In this document: one piece after another, positions 41,190 through 51,471 of the stretch | Numbering within the stretch: position 1 is the first letter of the stretch | Layout of the letters: every line of letters starts with the position of its first letter | Assembly (NCBI GenBank): GCA_963799485.1 | Contig: CAWCXJ010000001.1 | Coordinates: forward strand, 1 to 64,000 | Source of the DNA: an uncultured Trueperaceae bacterium | Lineage (GTDB): Bacteria > Deinococcota > Deinococci > Deinococcales > Trueperaceae | Direction: 5' to 3' | Length of the DNA stretch: 64,000 nucleotides | Position numbers and translations under genes: made by a program | Notes under the pieces: generated by a model | Seen by the model: the letters and a program-made list of their open reading frames with translations, nothing else | Told to the model about the DNA's origin: nothing | The model's database searches: none

Positions 41190-42644
41190 ATGCTTGAGCG
41201 TATGATGCATACCCCCAACTGGGTTAAAGACGCCGTTTTTTATCAGATATTTCCCGACCGTTTTGCAAAAAGCGACCGCGTCTCCAAAGCGAGCAACTTG
41301 GAGCCCTGGCATACGCCGCCGACCACGCACGGCTATAAAGGGGGCGACCTGCTGGGCGTCGCGGAAAAACTGGATTATCTGCAAGACCTGGGCGTCACCG
41401 CGCTCTACTTCAACCCCATCTTTCAGTCGGGGTGTAATCACCGCTATCATACCCACGACTACACCCGCGTCGATCCGATGCTGGGCGGCAACGAGGCGCT
41501 TAGAGAGCTGCTGGACGCCGCTCACGCGTACGGCATGAAAGTTGTCTTGGACGGTGTCTTCAACCATGCCAGTCGCGGCTTCTTTCAGTTTCACGATATC
41601 CTCGAGAACGGCTCGCAGAGCGCCTATCTGGACTGGTTTCACGTCCGTTCGTTTCCGCTTTACGCCTATCACGACCCCGAACATCATCAGGGTAACCTAG
41701 GTTACTCGGCGTGGTGGAACCTGCCCGCGCTGCCCAAATTCAATACCGACACACAGGCAGTCCGCGAATTTTTGTGGGACGTCGGGACGTACTGGTTAGA
41801 GTTCGGCATCGACGGCTGGCGTTTGGATGTACCCAACGAAATCGGGGACGACGCCTTTTGGCGCGAGTTTCGCCGCCGTTGCCGCGCGGTCAACCCCGAG
41901 TGCTACATCGTCGGGGAAATCTGGGACGACGCAGGCCGCTGGCTCCAGGGCGACCAGTTCGACGCGGTGATGAACTACCCGTTTACGCGGGCGGCGTTCG
42001 GTTTTACGGCGGCCCGGACGCTAGAACACAGCGAAATCCGCCGCAGCGGGTTACAGCACATCGCGCCGCTGGGCGCGCCCGCCTTTGCCCGCGAGGTCGC
42101 AGGGCTGTTGACGCGGCACCGCCCGGAGGTGACCGAAGTGCAGCTCAACTTGCTCGGCAGCCACGATACAGCGCGCGCCCTGACGCTCGTCGGCGGCGAC
42201 GAGACGGCCTTGCGGTTGTCGCTCTTCTTGCTGCTGACGTTTCCGGGCGCGCCGTGCTTGTACTACGGCGACGAGCTGGGCCTTGCGGGGCGTCACGACC
42301 CGGAGTGCCGTCAGGCGTTCCCGTGGGACAACTCGGACTGGAACGAACCGCTTAGAGACTACCTGAAAACGCTCATTACGGTGCGGCACTGTTACCCGGC
42401 GCTGCGTAGCGGGGTGTTTAGCACCCTTTATGCCGAAGGTGGGGTGTACGCTTTTGAGCGCGGCAGACCGGGAGAACGGCTTATCGGGGTGATGAACGTC
42501 GCGGATAGACCCGAACGGCTTACCCTCGAGGTTCAGTCAGAAACCGCTCAACCGCTTTTGGCTGGGGGCGACGACTTCACCTTGCGAAACGGGGTGCTGA
42601 GCGGGACGATAGCGGAGCGCTCGAGCCTTCTCTTTAAGCTCTGA
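41190..42644 (+). CDS. GH13 alpha-amylase (cyclomaltodextrinase/neopullulanase-like)
   Basis: [35 protein letters not shown] and YYGDE. Confidence 0.92.
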   Translation: MLERMMHTPNWVKDAVFYQIFPDRFAKSDRVSKASNLEPWHTPPTTHGYKGGDLLGVAEKLDYLQDLGVTALYFNPIFQSGCNHRYHTHDYTRVDPMLGGNEALRELLDAAHAYGMKVVLDGVFNHASRGFFQFHDILENGSQSAYLDWFHVRSFPLYAYHDPEHHQGNLGYSAWWNLPALPKFNTDTQAVREFLWDVGTYWLEFGIDGWRLDVPNEIGDDAFWREFRRRCRAVNPECYIVGEIWDDAGRWLQGDQFDAVMNYPFTRAAFGFTAARTLEHSEIRRSGLQHIAPLGAPAFAREVAGLLTRHRPEVTEVQLNLLGSHDTARALTLVGGDETALRLSLFLLLTFPGAPCLYYGDELGLAGRHDPECRQAFPWDNSDWNEPLRDYLKTLITVRHCYPALRSGVFSTLYAEGGVYAFERGRPGERLIGVMNVADRPERLTLEVQSETAQPLLAGGDDFTLRNGVLSGTIAERSSLLFKL

Positions 42645-42654
42645 GGCTCACGAC

Positions 42655-42690
42655 GCAAAGAGCGCAGGCTTGCAAGCCTGCGCTCTTTGC
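42655..42690. terminator. Perfect 36-bp palindrome between convergent genes
   Basis: GCAAAGAGCGCAGGCTTGCAAGCCTGCGCTCTTTGC equals its own reverse complement. Confidence 0.8.
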
Positions 42691-42699
42691 TGATTTATT

Positions 42700-44001
42700 T
42701 TAGTCGCCCGCAGGCATGATGACCGGCGCGTTAAGCGCCGTGCCACCGTCTGCGTACCCTTCTTCGTGATGCGATGCGAGGTCGATACCGACGGTTTCAT
42801 TTTGCGCGCTGATGCGGAGGCCGATGGTCAAGTCGATGAGTTTAAGTAACACCACCGTACCTACTGAAGCGAAGACCAGCGTAACGGCGATGCTCACGAG
42901 CTGGATAACGACCTGCTGACCCGTCGCTGCCCCTGCGCCTGTCGTAAAGGCGAAGACGCCCGTTAAAACGGCCCCGACTATGCCGCCGACCCCGTGACAC
43001 GCAAATACGTCGAGGGCGTCGTCGATACCGATACGGCTTTTTAGCTGTACGACGCTAAAGGCGGCAGCTGCGCCAATCGCGCCGACCGCAATAGCTGCCA
43101 GCGGTGAGACGAAACCGGCAGCCGGGGTGATGGTGACGAGCCCGACGACTGCACCTGTTGCCGCGCCGACGGCGCTCGGGCGTTGACCCCGCGCGACTTC
43201 ACAAAAGAGCCAGACGAGCATTGCCGCAGCGGCGGCGGTATTGGTCGTGACGAAGGCGAGCGCGGCGGTACCGTTGGCGGCAAGCGCCGAACCTGCGTTA
43301 AACCCGAACCAGCCGAACCACAGCAGCCCCGCACCCAGCAAGACGAAGGGGATGTTGTGCGGCAGGGCGCTGCGGCGGGTGTTGGCCAGGCGCGGCCCTA
43401 AAACCCACGCGGCGACGAGCGCTGAAAACCCGGCGGACATATGAACGACCGTTCCCCCGGCAAAGTCGAGCGCGCCCAGGTTGAGGAGCCAGCCGTTAGG
43501 AGCCCAAACGATGTGGGCCAGCGGCGCGTAGATCAGTACGCTCCAGAGCGCGATAAAGGTCACGTAAGCCGAGAACTTCATCCGGTCGATGACTGCACCA
43601 CTGATTAAAGCCGGGGTGATGATAGCAAACATCGCCTGGAACATCACGAAAACGAGCGTCGGGATGGTACCGCTGACGCTGGTCTCGAGCCCCTGCAAGC
43701 CGATGGCGCTCAGGCCACCGAAAAACGCGTTGCCACCTTCGCCGAACGCAACCGAGTAGCCGATAACGACCCACAAAACGCCTACCACGCCCATGGCGAT
43801 AAAACTCATCAGCATAGTGTTTAGAACCGATTTGCCACGTGAGAGGCCGCCGTAAAAAAAGGCGAGGCCGGGCGTCATCAGGAGAACCAGCGCGCTCGCG
43901 GTCAGCATCCAGGCGGTGTCGCCGGGGTTGATGCCCTGCGCGAACGCCGCACCCGACAGGGCGACCAAAGTAGCGATCAAAACTTTTATCCACATTTTCA
44001 T
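42700..44001 (-). CDS. amtB: Ammonium transporter
   Basis: LMTPGLAFFYGG, DFAGGTVVH, WFGWFGFNAGS and DDALDVFACHG; likely ATG 44001. Confidence 0.96.
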   Translation of the reverse strand: MKMWIKVLIATLVALSGAAFAQGINPGDTAWMLTASALVLLMTPGLAFFYGGLSRGKSVLNTMLMSFIAMGVVGVLWVVIGYSVAFGEGGNAFFGGLSAIGLQGLETSVSGTIPTLVFVMFQAMFAIITPALISGAVIDRMKFSAYVTFIALWSVLIYAPLAHIVWAPNGWLLNLGALDFAGGTVVHMSAGFSALVAAWVLGPRLANTRRSALPHNIPFVLLGAGLLWFGWFGFNAGSALAANGTAALAFVTTNTAAAAAMLVWLFCEVARGQRPSAVGAATGAVVGLVTITPAAGFVSPLAAIAVGAIGAAAAFSVVQLKSRIGIDDALDVFACHGVGGIVGAVLTGVFAFTTGAGAATGQQVVIQLVSIAVTLVFASVGTVVLLKLIDLTIGLRISAQNETVGIDLASHHEEGYADGGTALNAPVIMPAGD

Positions 44002-44011
44002 GTACATTCCT

Positions 44012-44365
44012 TTACTTTTTAAGCGGCGTAACGGCAGCTTGGTCTTCGTCGCCGTTACGGATGCGGACGACCCGCTCGATGGGTTGGACGAAAATCTTGC
44101 CGTCGCCGACTTCGCCGGTACGCGCACCCTTGATGATGGCCTGAACCGTCTTTTCGACGAACTCTTCGCTGACGGCAATCTCGAGCTGCACTTTTTCGTG
44201 AAACTCGATTAGAAACTTCGAACCGCGGTACTGCTCGAGCTGTTCACGCTCGCCCCCGTGCCCGCTCACACGGGTGATGGTAATGCCGGTTACGCCCGCC
44301 TCGAAGAGGGCTTCTTTTACGGTGGCGAGTTTGTCGGGTCTCACAACTGCGGTAATGAGTTTCAT
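44012..44365 (-). CDS. glnK: PII nitrogen regulator
   Basis: MKLITAVVRP, YRG T-loop and TGEVGDGKIF; directly upstream of amtB. Confidence 0.93.
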   Translation of the reverse strand: MKLITAVVRPDKLATVKEALFEAGVTGITITRVSGHGGEREQLEQYRGSKFLIEFHEKVQLEIAVSEEFVEKTVQAIIKGARTGEVGDGKIFVQPIERVVRIRNGDEDQAAVTPLKK

Positions 44366-44572
44366 CAGTCTCCTGCGGTCTGGCTGACCAACGTGGGGCG
44401 CGTAGGTTTCAGTGCTGTGTCTGGCGATGTCGAAACACCAACGGTCGACGCCGTAACTGCTTTGCCCTAGGCAAAACGTCTCCCACTACAAAAAAAAACA
44501 GGCGTGATGGCAGATTTAGCTATCCTCATTTGACCTCCTGGGATACCGCTTTAGGCGCGGCGACCTGACTAA

Positions 44573-44601
44573 AGAATATGCGTTACGTTGCAAAGTGTCA
44601 A
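44573..44601 (-). promoter_or_regulatory. Sigma70-type promoter of glnK-amtB
   Basis: TTGACA-17 nt-TATTCT. Confidence 0.7.
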
Positions 44602-44787
44602 GCAAAAAGTATCTCAACGACCTAATTCTATTGAACAAGATGTATATAAACCCGCCCACAAACGTTAAAAATCAAAAAATCTATGGTAGATAACCGCATT
44701 AACTCAAACAGTACGTTTGGAGACTCTGTTACCCCGAAAAAGATATGAGGTGCGCGAGTCAGCCGAGGTGTCATACTTGACTTTGTT

Positions 44788-46338
44788 TTGACTTCACCTA
44801 CGCCTGAATCTATGCCTAAAACCTCTAAAACCCCAGCACGGAGCACGGCGCGGGGCGCACTTACCCTGATGATCGGCACGCTGGCCAGCCGCGTCACCGG
44901 GCTTTTACGTGCTGGGTTTTTTAATCAGCTCTTTAGAGTCGAAGTCCTCGATGCTTTCAATATCGCCATCAAAGTCCCCAATCTCTTCCGGGAGCTCCTG
45001 GCTGAAGGTGCGCTCATCAACTCGTTCGTGCCTGCGTACAAGGCGCTGCCCCCGAGCGAGGCCAAGCGGCTCTCGAGCGCCCTCCTCAGCCTCTTAGTCG
45101 TTTTGAACGGCGTTCTGCTCGTGTTTGCAGTCTGGGCCGCGCCCTGGGTCGTGGGGCTGCTCGTCTCCGACCCGAGCAAGATCAACGTGCCGCTGACCGT
45201 CACCCTGACGCGGGCCGTCTTTCCGTTTTTAGGTGCGATTTCGTTTTCGGCGCTGGCGATGGGTATCTTGAACGCCGAAGAGCGCTTTTTTGCGCCCGCT
45301 TGGGCACCTGTAATTCTCAACGTCGTCACAACCGCCCTGATGCTGCTCTATCCGCAGCAGGCGCTGATGCTGGCTGTGGCCTTTGTGCTGGGCGGCGTGG
45401 CGCAGCTACTATTCCAGCTCCCGCCTCTTTTTCGCGCCGGCGTGTTGCCGCAGTTCGGGGTGTGGTGGCACCCGCAACTTCGGAGTGTTCTCCTTTTGAT
45501 GGTGCCCTTCACCTTTACGACCGGGGCGCGGCAGCTTTTGAATCTGGTCTCGAGCCGTCTCCTCACCTCGCTACCCGTGGGTAGCGTAACCGCGTTTACC
45601 AACGCCGACCTGTTTTTGAGCTTGGCTTTGGGGCTTTTTAGCATCTCCCCGGCGCTGGCGTTTTATTCACGGCTCTCAGGGCAGACCTCGAGCCCCACAG
45701 ACTTCCGCACGACACTCGTCTCGGGGTTGCGCCTCATCACCTTTTTAAGCGTTCCGGCAGGGCTGTTACTGACCCTGTACGCAAGCCCTGCCGTCGTAAG
45801 CGTCCTCAACTGGTTTCCGCTCTTGGGACGCCCCGGCATGAACGCTCAGGTGTTGTCGCTCTCGGTCGCCGCCCTTGCCCCGCTCGGTCTGGCGGTCTTT
45901 CCGGTCGGCCTCAGCAACCTGCTCATCCGCACCTTTTACGTGCGCCGCCGCGTCCGGACGCCGGTCGTCGTGAGTGCTCTCTATACCGCCCTCACCGCAC
46001 TTTTTTACGGCGTCTTGGCCCCGGTTTACGGCGTCGCCGGGCTTTCGTGGGGGGCTGTAATCGCCGGATGGGTGCAGCTCGGTGCGTTGCTCTATCTGGT
46101 GGGGCAGCGGGAGGGGCTCGAGGTCAAAGCTCTCTTAACCCAGATAAGCCGGGTCTGGCTGGCAGCACTTTTAGCTGCCGGGTTAGGCTGGGTGCTTTCG
46201 GGTGCGCTGCCGCTTCCGTCCGGGTGGTGGGGCGCGGTGCTGAATGTAAGCCTCGGGGGAGGTCTCAGCGCGCTGCTGTATCTGGCGCTGTGTATACGCC
46301 TGAACGTCGCTGAAGTGGCGCGGTTTCGCCGCCGGTAG
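44788..46338 (+). CDS. murJ: Lipid II flippase MurJ (start may be ATG 44812)
   Basis: SRVTGLLR, PNLFRELLAEGA, FFAPAWAP and many TM helices. Confidence 0.92.
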   Translation: MTSPTPESMPKTSKTPARSTARGALTLMIGTLASRVTGLLRAGFFNQLFRVEVLDAFNIAIKVPNLFRELLAEGALINSFVPAYKALPPSEAKRLSSALLSLLVVLNGVLLVFAVWAAPWVVGLLVSDPSKINVPLTVTLTRAVFPFLGAISFSALAMGILNAEERFFAPAWAPVILNVVTTALMLLYPQQALMLAVAFVLGGVAQLLFQLPPLFRAGVLPQFGVWWHPQLRSVLLLMVPFTFTTGARQLLNLVSSRLLTSLPVGSVTAFTNADLFLSLALGLFSISPALAFYSRLSGQTSSPTDFRTTLVSGLRLITFLSVPAGLLLTLYASPAVVSVLNWFPLLGRPGMNAQVLSLSVAALAPLGLAVFPVGLSNLLIRTFYVRRRVRTPVVVSALYTALTALFYGVLAPVYGVAGLSWGAVIAGWVQLGALLYLVGQREGLEVKALLTQISRVWLAALLAAGLGWVLSGALPLPSGWWGAVLNVSLGGGLSALLYLALCIRLNVAEVARFRRR

Positions 46339-46359
46339 AGAAAGCAAAGTCAAGGCAAT

Positions 46360-46387
46360 AAAAAAGCGCCCCGGTCGAGGGGCGCTT
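46360..46387 (-). terminator. Intrinsic terminator of the lipoprotein genes
   Basis: Plus strand A6-GCGCCCC-ggtcga-GGGGCGC-TT. Confidence 0.75.
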
Positions 46388-46403
46388 CGTTCAGCAGAAA
46401 AGT

Positions 46404-48545
46404 TTACTTAGGGCGTAAGAGGGTGATACCAGGTCTGGCATCAGGAGTTTCGTCGTCTTTTTGATCGAACCATGAGACGTACAGGTAGCCGGTAGTGGGA
46501 CTTTGGACTATATCGATGGGATCAATGAAGCCGCTGGGTTTTGGGATGATGGGATCAATCGAAGTAGCGTTGCCGTCGCTTCCAAGCGTAACTGCAACAA
46601 CGTCGTCATATCTGCTGTAGCGAGTGACCAGTAGTTTTCCTTTGAGGTCAGGGAACGCGTTACCGGTATATTCGATGCTTCCGTTTGGCGAGACGTTGTT
46701 ACCGAAGTCGCCAGCAGGCCCACGATAGTTAGGATCGTAGCTCGTTCCGGCAGGGTACTCGGGCCTCTGAGTTGAAGACATAAACTCGCCCGGAAAACCA
46801 ACCGCCCCCCCGTTCAAAATCCATTCGCAACGTTTGGCGTTGGGCGTCCCGTAATAGCCGCCCTTCTCGATTTTGAAGAGGTAATCGCTTAGGGTTTGAG
46901 TGATTTTCCAACCATCGGTTCTGTCGCTGCTGTACCTGGGTAGTGCGCTCGAGTCTGAAATCATCGGGCCGGTATAGGGTTTGCCATCGATGCGGTTGTC
47001 GCAAGTTCCCGGAAGCGGGTCGTAGCGCGGCACATTGCCGCCACCTGCTGAGCCGTTTGCGGGTACATAGAGGTTGCCGTTAGACGTCCAAACCAGGTCG
47101 TACGAGTTGCGCACACCGCTTGCGTAAACTGTCAACGGGGCGTTCGGCGCGAATGGGTCGTAGCTGCCACCGTCTTCGGTTTGCGCGTCGAGCGGCAAGT
47201 TGCCGCCTAGCAAGTTAGTATCTAAGCGCAAAACAGCGCCGGTGAGCGCACGCTCTTCTTGAAACTTCCAAGCCGCGTCGGGTGCGCCCATTGCCGTGTT
47301 GCTTCCCTGGACGAAGTAAACAACGCCTGGTTCAGCAGGGTTGAAGGCAACCGAGTTCGTCACATGGTCTTTACTCGAGCGCGGTAAGCCGACAACGTAA
47401 TCTTGAACGGTCTCGAGGTTCGGACCACTTAGCCGAGTGAGCTTCCCAGCCCAGGGTGCATTGACGCCATTGCCTACCGAGCCGTCGAAGTTACTGGGGT
47501 CGATAAATGTGTGTGTAACCCAAGCAATGAGGTTGTTCGCTGTCGAGGCTGGATCGAAAGCTAAACCGATGGTCAGCCGCGGCTCACCTTCAGCCTGCTG
47601 TAGTGACGTGATTATTGTGGGTGTTCCTAGTGTACCGTCGGTAGCAACTGGAAAGCGCGCAATCTCTCCGAGAATGGTCGTAGCGTAGAGATTTCCGTCG
47701 GGGCCGAAAGCCAACGAGCTGTATCTTGTTCCGAGGGTACTGGGTTGCCCGACAGAAACGATGTCTGAAGGTGGTTGATTACTGCCACCGTCGTCGGCAG
47801 AAGTTGTTGTAAAAGTGCTGGCGTAAGGCGTAAACGGAACGCCGTCGTCTTCCACAGCGCTCGTTACATTAAAGCGGTACGTTGTGTTGGGCGCGAGCAG
47901 CCGCAATGACTGGAGAATAATTGTGTCGCCACCGCCTGAAGTAGTTGGTGCACTGGTAAGTACGCGCTCCCCGTCTAATGTCTCTAAATAGACTGAATCA
48001 GTCGTCAGGGTGGACGAATCGAGGCCGCCACGGGGGGTATTGATGACGGTTGAAATACCACTTGTGCCTATATTTAGCGCCACATTAACAGCACCGTCAG
48101 CCGGAACAGACGAGACAACAGACGGTACGTCCGCCGAAACCGTCGTAAAGGTGCTGCTATAGTCCGTAAACGCCTGACCGCTTTCGTCGGTAACGCCCGA
48201 GGTCACTTCAAAGCGGTAGGTGGTGCCGAACTCGAGCTGCGAAGCAGGGGCGAGCACGAGTGAATCGGTGTCGTTATAGACAGAGATGCTCGAGGGCACG
48301 ACTGCGCCCGTGGCGGCGTTGGTCAGGCGCACCGAGTTAGGGTCGACGCTCGTCGGGTTGATGCCGCCGTTGGGCAAATTAAGGTTGGCAATCACGCTGG
48401 TACCGACCGAAACGTCTGCGGCTCCTCCGCCCGGGGTCACGCTGTTGACCTGCGGTGTACCTGAAATTGGAGGCCTAAAAATGCCACTGAGAGCGCCACA
48501 GCCCGAAAGCGTGAACAGCAGGAACAAAATACCAATTCGTTTCAT
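46404..48545 (-). CDS. Lipoprotein with two bacterial Ig-like (Big_5-type) domains and a sugar-dehydrogenase-like beta-propeller
   Basis: Lipobox LSGC, two V.S..P..GA..V...FTT modules, LAFGPDGNLY and YASGVRNSYDL. Confidence 0.75.
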   Translation of the reverse strand: MKRIGILFLLFTLSGCGALSGIFRPPISGTPQVNSVTPGGGAADVSVGTSVIANLNLPNGGINPTSVDPNSVRLTNAATGAVVPSSISVYNDTDSLVLAPASQLEFGTTYRFEVTSGVTDESGQAFTDYSSTFTTVSADVPSVVSSVPADGAVNVALNIGTSGISTVINTPRGGLDSSTLTTDSVYLETLDGERVLTSAPTTSGGGDTIILQSLRLLAPNTTYRFNVTSAVEDDGVPFTPYASTFTTTSADDGGSNQPPSDIVSVGQPSTLGTRYSSLAFGPDGNLYATTILGEIARFPVATDGTLGTPTIITSLQQAEGEPRLTIGLAFDPASTANNLIAWVTHTFIDPSNFDGSVGNGVNAPWAGKLTRLSGPNLETVQDYVVGLPRSSKDHVTNSVAFNPAEPGVVYFVQGSNTAMGAPDAAWKFQEERALTGAVLRLDTNLLGGNLPLDAQTEDGGSYDPFAPNAPLTVYASGVRNSYDLVWTSNGNLYVPANGSAGGGNVPRYDPLPGTCDNRIDGKPYTGPMISDSSALPRYSSDRTDGWKITQTLSDYLFKIEKGGYYGTPNAKRCEWILNGGAVGFPGEFMSSTQRPEYPAGTSYDPNYRGPAGDFGNNVSPNGSIEYTGNAFPDLKGKLLVTRYSRYDDVVAVTLGSDGNATSIDPIIPKPSGFIDPIDIVQSPTTGYLYVSWFDQKDDETPDARPGITLLRPK

Positions 48546-48606
48546 CTAAACTCCCTTTACAGCTTGAAGGTGGCGAGCTTTGACCCGCCACCTTCACCGG
48601 TCTGGA

Positions 48607-51105
48607 CTAATTAACCGGCTGGACGTTCTCTATGATGTACATATTGTCGTTGTAGTCGCAGTTAGCGACGATGCCCTGCTGCGGGGACAAATCGCCTGCT
48701 TCGCCGCCGTCCGCGTAGATGCTGTCCGGCGCATTCGGGTCTGTCGAGCTCGAGCTTGGACAACCTCCTCTGACGAAATCCTGGGCGACGAGGTAGCTGT
48801 TCGGAATAGTGTTGCCGCTGTTGTCTTTAAGGGGCCAGAAACGTAATCCGAGTCTGCCGCGACCGGTTCCCTTGCTGGGGTCGGAGCTGTACCCGGCGCT
48901 GCGAATCTCGAAGGCTCCGGCCGGGTTGGCGCTCAGCTGGGTAAGGTCACCGTTTTGACGCGGGTAGATCGACTGTCCGTAAACGCGGTCGGGCCCCATC
49001 TCTGCAAAGGGCGAGCTGCTACCCTGCTCGTAAAGCTCGAAAGAATAGGCGACCTGGCAGCACGTGTGCAGCGCGGCGAGTTGTAAAGCCGTCACCGGAG
49101 CAGCGGGGTCTGCCACCTCCCAGTAGGCCGAACGCACCTCGTCGCCGGCGAGCGGCGAGTCTGTCTCGGGGCTCGGCAGTTTGCCGCTGGCGGTGGTGCC
49201 CAAGTTGATCTGATAACCGAAGAGGTCTTTGACCAGCGGGCCTAAATAGACCTCACGCGAGCCTTCGGGCCGCAGCATGAAGAGTCCGGCAAGCTCGAGT
49301 CCGGCGCTCTGTCCACCCGACTGAATCAGCAGTCCGGCAGGGTACACGCCTTTGACGCCCGCGTCTTGCGGGTTGAACTCGACCTCCAGCTCATAAGTCT
49401 GCCCGGGTTGCAACGTAAGAGAGTTTTCGCCGTTGGGGAACACGAACAGATTATCGTTTTGAAAGCTTAAGCTCAGCTGAAGGGCGCTGCTACCGGTATT
49501 TTGCAGGTCGACGGTGCCGGTCGTAGGGAACGTCAACCCGTCCCAGCGGTTGGTGTTCGGGTCGCAGTCGGGTTCGACCGCCGGGTCGCAAGGTGCTATA
49601 AAGGTGCTTCTGATCTTTTGCAGCACCAGCCGGTCGCTATAGGGCAGGCCGAGTGCGTTCGTGACCTTTAAGCCCGTGATGCCACTTGCCGGGGGCGTGT
49701 TCGGTACGTCCGGAATGCCTGTGCCGGCGGGAAACTCGCCGGCCGGGACGACGTTACGCACGATAACCACGACGTCGTTGTAGTCGAAGCCCGCGCCGAA
49801 CTCTTCGGTGGCGACCACATAGGCGTTGGCTTCACCGGGTACCGGGTAGACTCTGACGTTATGCGGGATGGCTTTGGGGAAGGTGTTGAGATCATCCTCG
49901 GTGTAGATGGTGCGCTGTTGGAAAAAGCGGTTGGTGGGCCAGAACGAATAGAGGCCGAAGCTGCCCGTGCCGGGGTCGAAGGTTACGGTGTCGCCGCTGA
50001 CCGTACCGCCCGTGGCGGTGACTTCCGGCGCGAGGCGCTGCGCGTTTAGCGCCGGGGTCTGCGCGATGTTAAAAAGAGACGTCTGCGCGCTCGGCTGTCC
50101 GGCAGTGTAGTAACCGAACTCTGTAACCGGGTCGTTCTCGACGCCGAACGCAGCCAACACCTCGACGGTCACGGGTGCGTTCGGGGAGGCCTTGGTGAAG
50201 GTTTTGCCCGCCACCTCGTCGCCGAGCGGCCCGTTCGTCACCGTGTTGTCATCGACGATGCCCGTCGTACTCGGGTTTTCGTCACCGGCATCGATAGCTA
50301 GGCCGTAGGTGTCTAGAATCCACTGGAGCGAGGGCTCGTTGTTGCCGCCCTGCCCTTTGACGCCGAGGCCGCCTAGGGGAACCTCGAGGCTGGGCGCTGC
50401 CGGGTCGCTACTCTGAACGTTCAGCGTGGCGAACTGCGGGCCGAGGCCACTCGGGTTGAAGGTGAGGCTCAGGTCGCGGGTCTGACCGGGCGCGAGGCTG
50501 AAGGTGCTGCTGTCGGCCAGAGAGAACTGCGCCGCGCTGGCCCCGCCGATGCTGAGGCCGGACACGTCGATGGTGTCGCTTCCGGCGTTGGTGAGAGTGA
50601 GGCTGCGGGTGTCGCTCGAGGACGCGCCCCCGGCGCTGAAAACGACCCGCGCGGGCGTGGCGACGAGCCCTGTACCCGGTAGGGACGTAAGGCCGGTGGA
50701 AAAGGTGCTACTAAAGGGTTGCAGCGCGGTGCCGTCGGAGGTTTTGACTTCGGACGTAACGTTAAACGTGTAGCTGGTATCGACCGCGAGGTCGGTATCC
50801 GGGTCGAGCACCAGGGTGCTACCCTCCACGCTGCGCGTCGCCGGAACCGTAACCCCGGAAGCGTCGGTCAGCGTCACTGCGCTGTCGGTCAGGGTCAATA
50901 CGTCGAGCCCAGTGCTACCCGGTAAGCTCAAAGTTGCCCGGACGCTGCTGCCGAGTGCGACCATCGTCGCACCGTCCGCCGGATCGACGGCGGTTACTCT
51001 GGGCACTCCGGAGGGGAGTAGATTGCAAGCGCCCAAAACTGCAGCGAGCGCCGTAAATGCCAGAGCTTGTCTGAAGCCACGCTGGTTTGTCGAGCTTTGT
51101 TTCAT
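48607..51105 (-). CDS. Large lipoprotein with Ig-like/ASH-type domains and two DYND-ending modules
   Basis: Lipobox LGAC, Big_5-type domain, LTNAGS..L..TFNP and LQNTGS..VEFNP repeats, FDYNDVVVIVRNV and CDYNDNMYIIENV. Confidence 0.72.
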   Translation of the reverse strand: MKQSSTNQRGFRQALAFTALAAVLGACNLLPSGVPRVTAVDPADGATMVALGSSVRATLSLPGSTGLDVLTLTDSAVTLTDASGVTVPATRSVEGSTLVLDPDTDLAVDTSYTFNVTSEVKTSDGTALQPFSSTFSTGLTSLPGTGLVATPARVVFSAGGASSSDTRSLTLTNAGSDTIDVSGLSIGGASAAQFSLADSSTFSLAPGQTRDLSLTFNPSGLGPQFATLNVQSSDPAAPSLEVPLGGLGVKGQGGNNEPSLQWILDTYGLAIDAGDENPSTTGIVDDNTVTNGPLGDEVAGKTFTKASPNAPVTVEVLAAFGVENDPVTEFGYYTAGQPSAQTSLFNIAQTPALNAQRLAPEVTATGGTVSGDTVTFDPGTGSFGLYSFWPTNRFFQQRTIYTEDDLNTFPKAIPHNVRVYPVPGEANAYVVATEEFGAGFDYNDVVVIVRNVVPAGEFPAGTGIPDVPNTPPASGITGLKVTNALGLPYSDRLVLQKIRSTFIAPCDPAVEPDCDPNTNRWDGLTFPTTGTVDLQNTGSSALQLSLSFQNDNLFVFPNGENSLTLQPGQTYELEVEFNPQDAGVKGVYPAGLLIQSGGQSAGLELAGLFMLRPEGSREVYLGPLVKDLFGYQINLGTTASGKLPSPETDSPLAGDEVRSAYWEVADPAAPVTALQLAALHTCCQVAYSFELYEQGSSSPFAEMGPDRVYGQSIYPRQNGDLTQLSANPAGAFEIRSAGYSSDPSKGTGRGRLGLRFWPLKDNSGNTIPNSYLVAQDFVRGGCPSSSSTDPNAPDSIYADGGEAGDLSPQQGIVANCDYNDNMYIIENVQPVN

Positions 51106-51471
51106 CCAATCACCTGCAAAAGACAGAAAAACGCTTGAACTCGGTACGTGCTTGGATACATAAAAACCTCCGGGGTTTGGGGCTCAGTGCGCCTCGGCGT
51201 CCGCGACGCCCCGTTTAGTTACGTGCTTTCGTCGCACATCACATAGTCTGTATTCTAAAAGGTCGGCCTGAGTTACCTGAGTGCAGGCATTACAGAAATT
51301 GAGGCGGCAACTTTCGGGGCGGTCGTTTGCGAAGTGCCGAACGGTCGGTAGAGCGACAACTTCAACCGCTCCGGCGCCAAAGGCGATTTCAAAATGATCC
51401 TGAGGCGTATTTGGCAGGATACACGTCCCGAGTCGCTTGCCGTAAGAGGTTTGCTGTAAGAAGCCCGGTCG

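Noticed and set aside
44002..44178. N-terminal extension of AmtB
   Set aside because: It overlaps glnK in another frame; the signal-like N-terminus begins at 44001.
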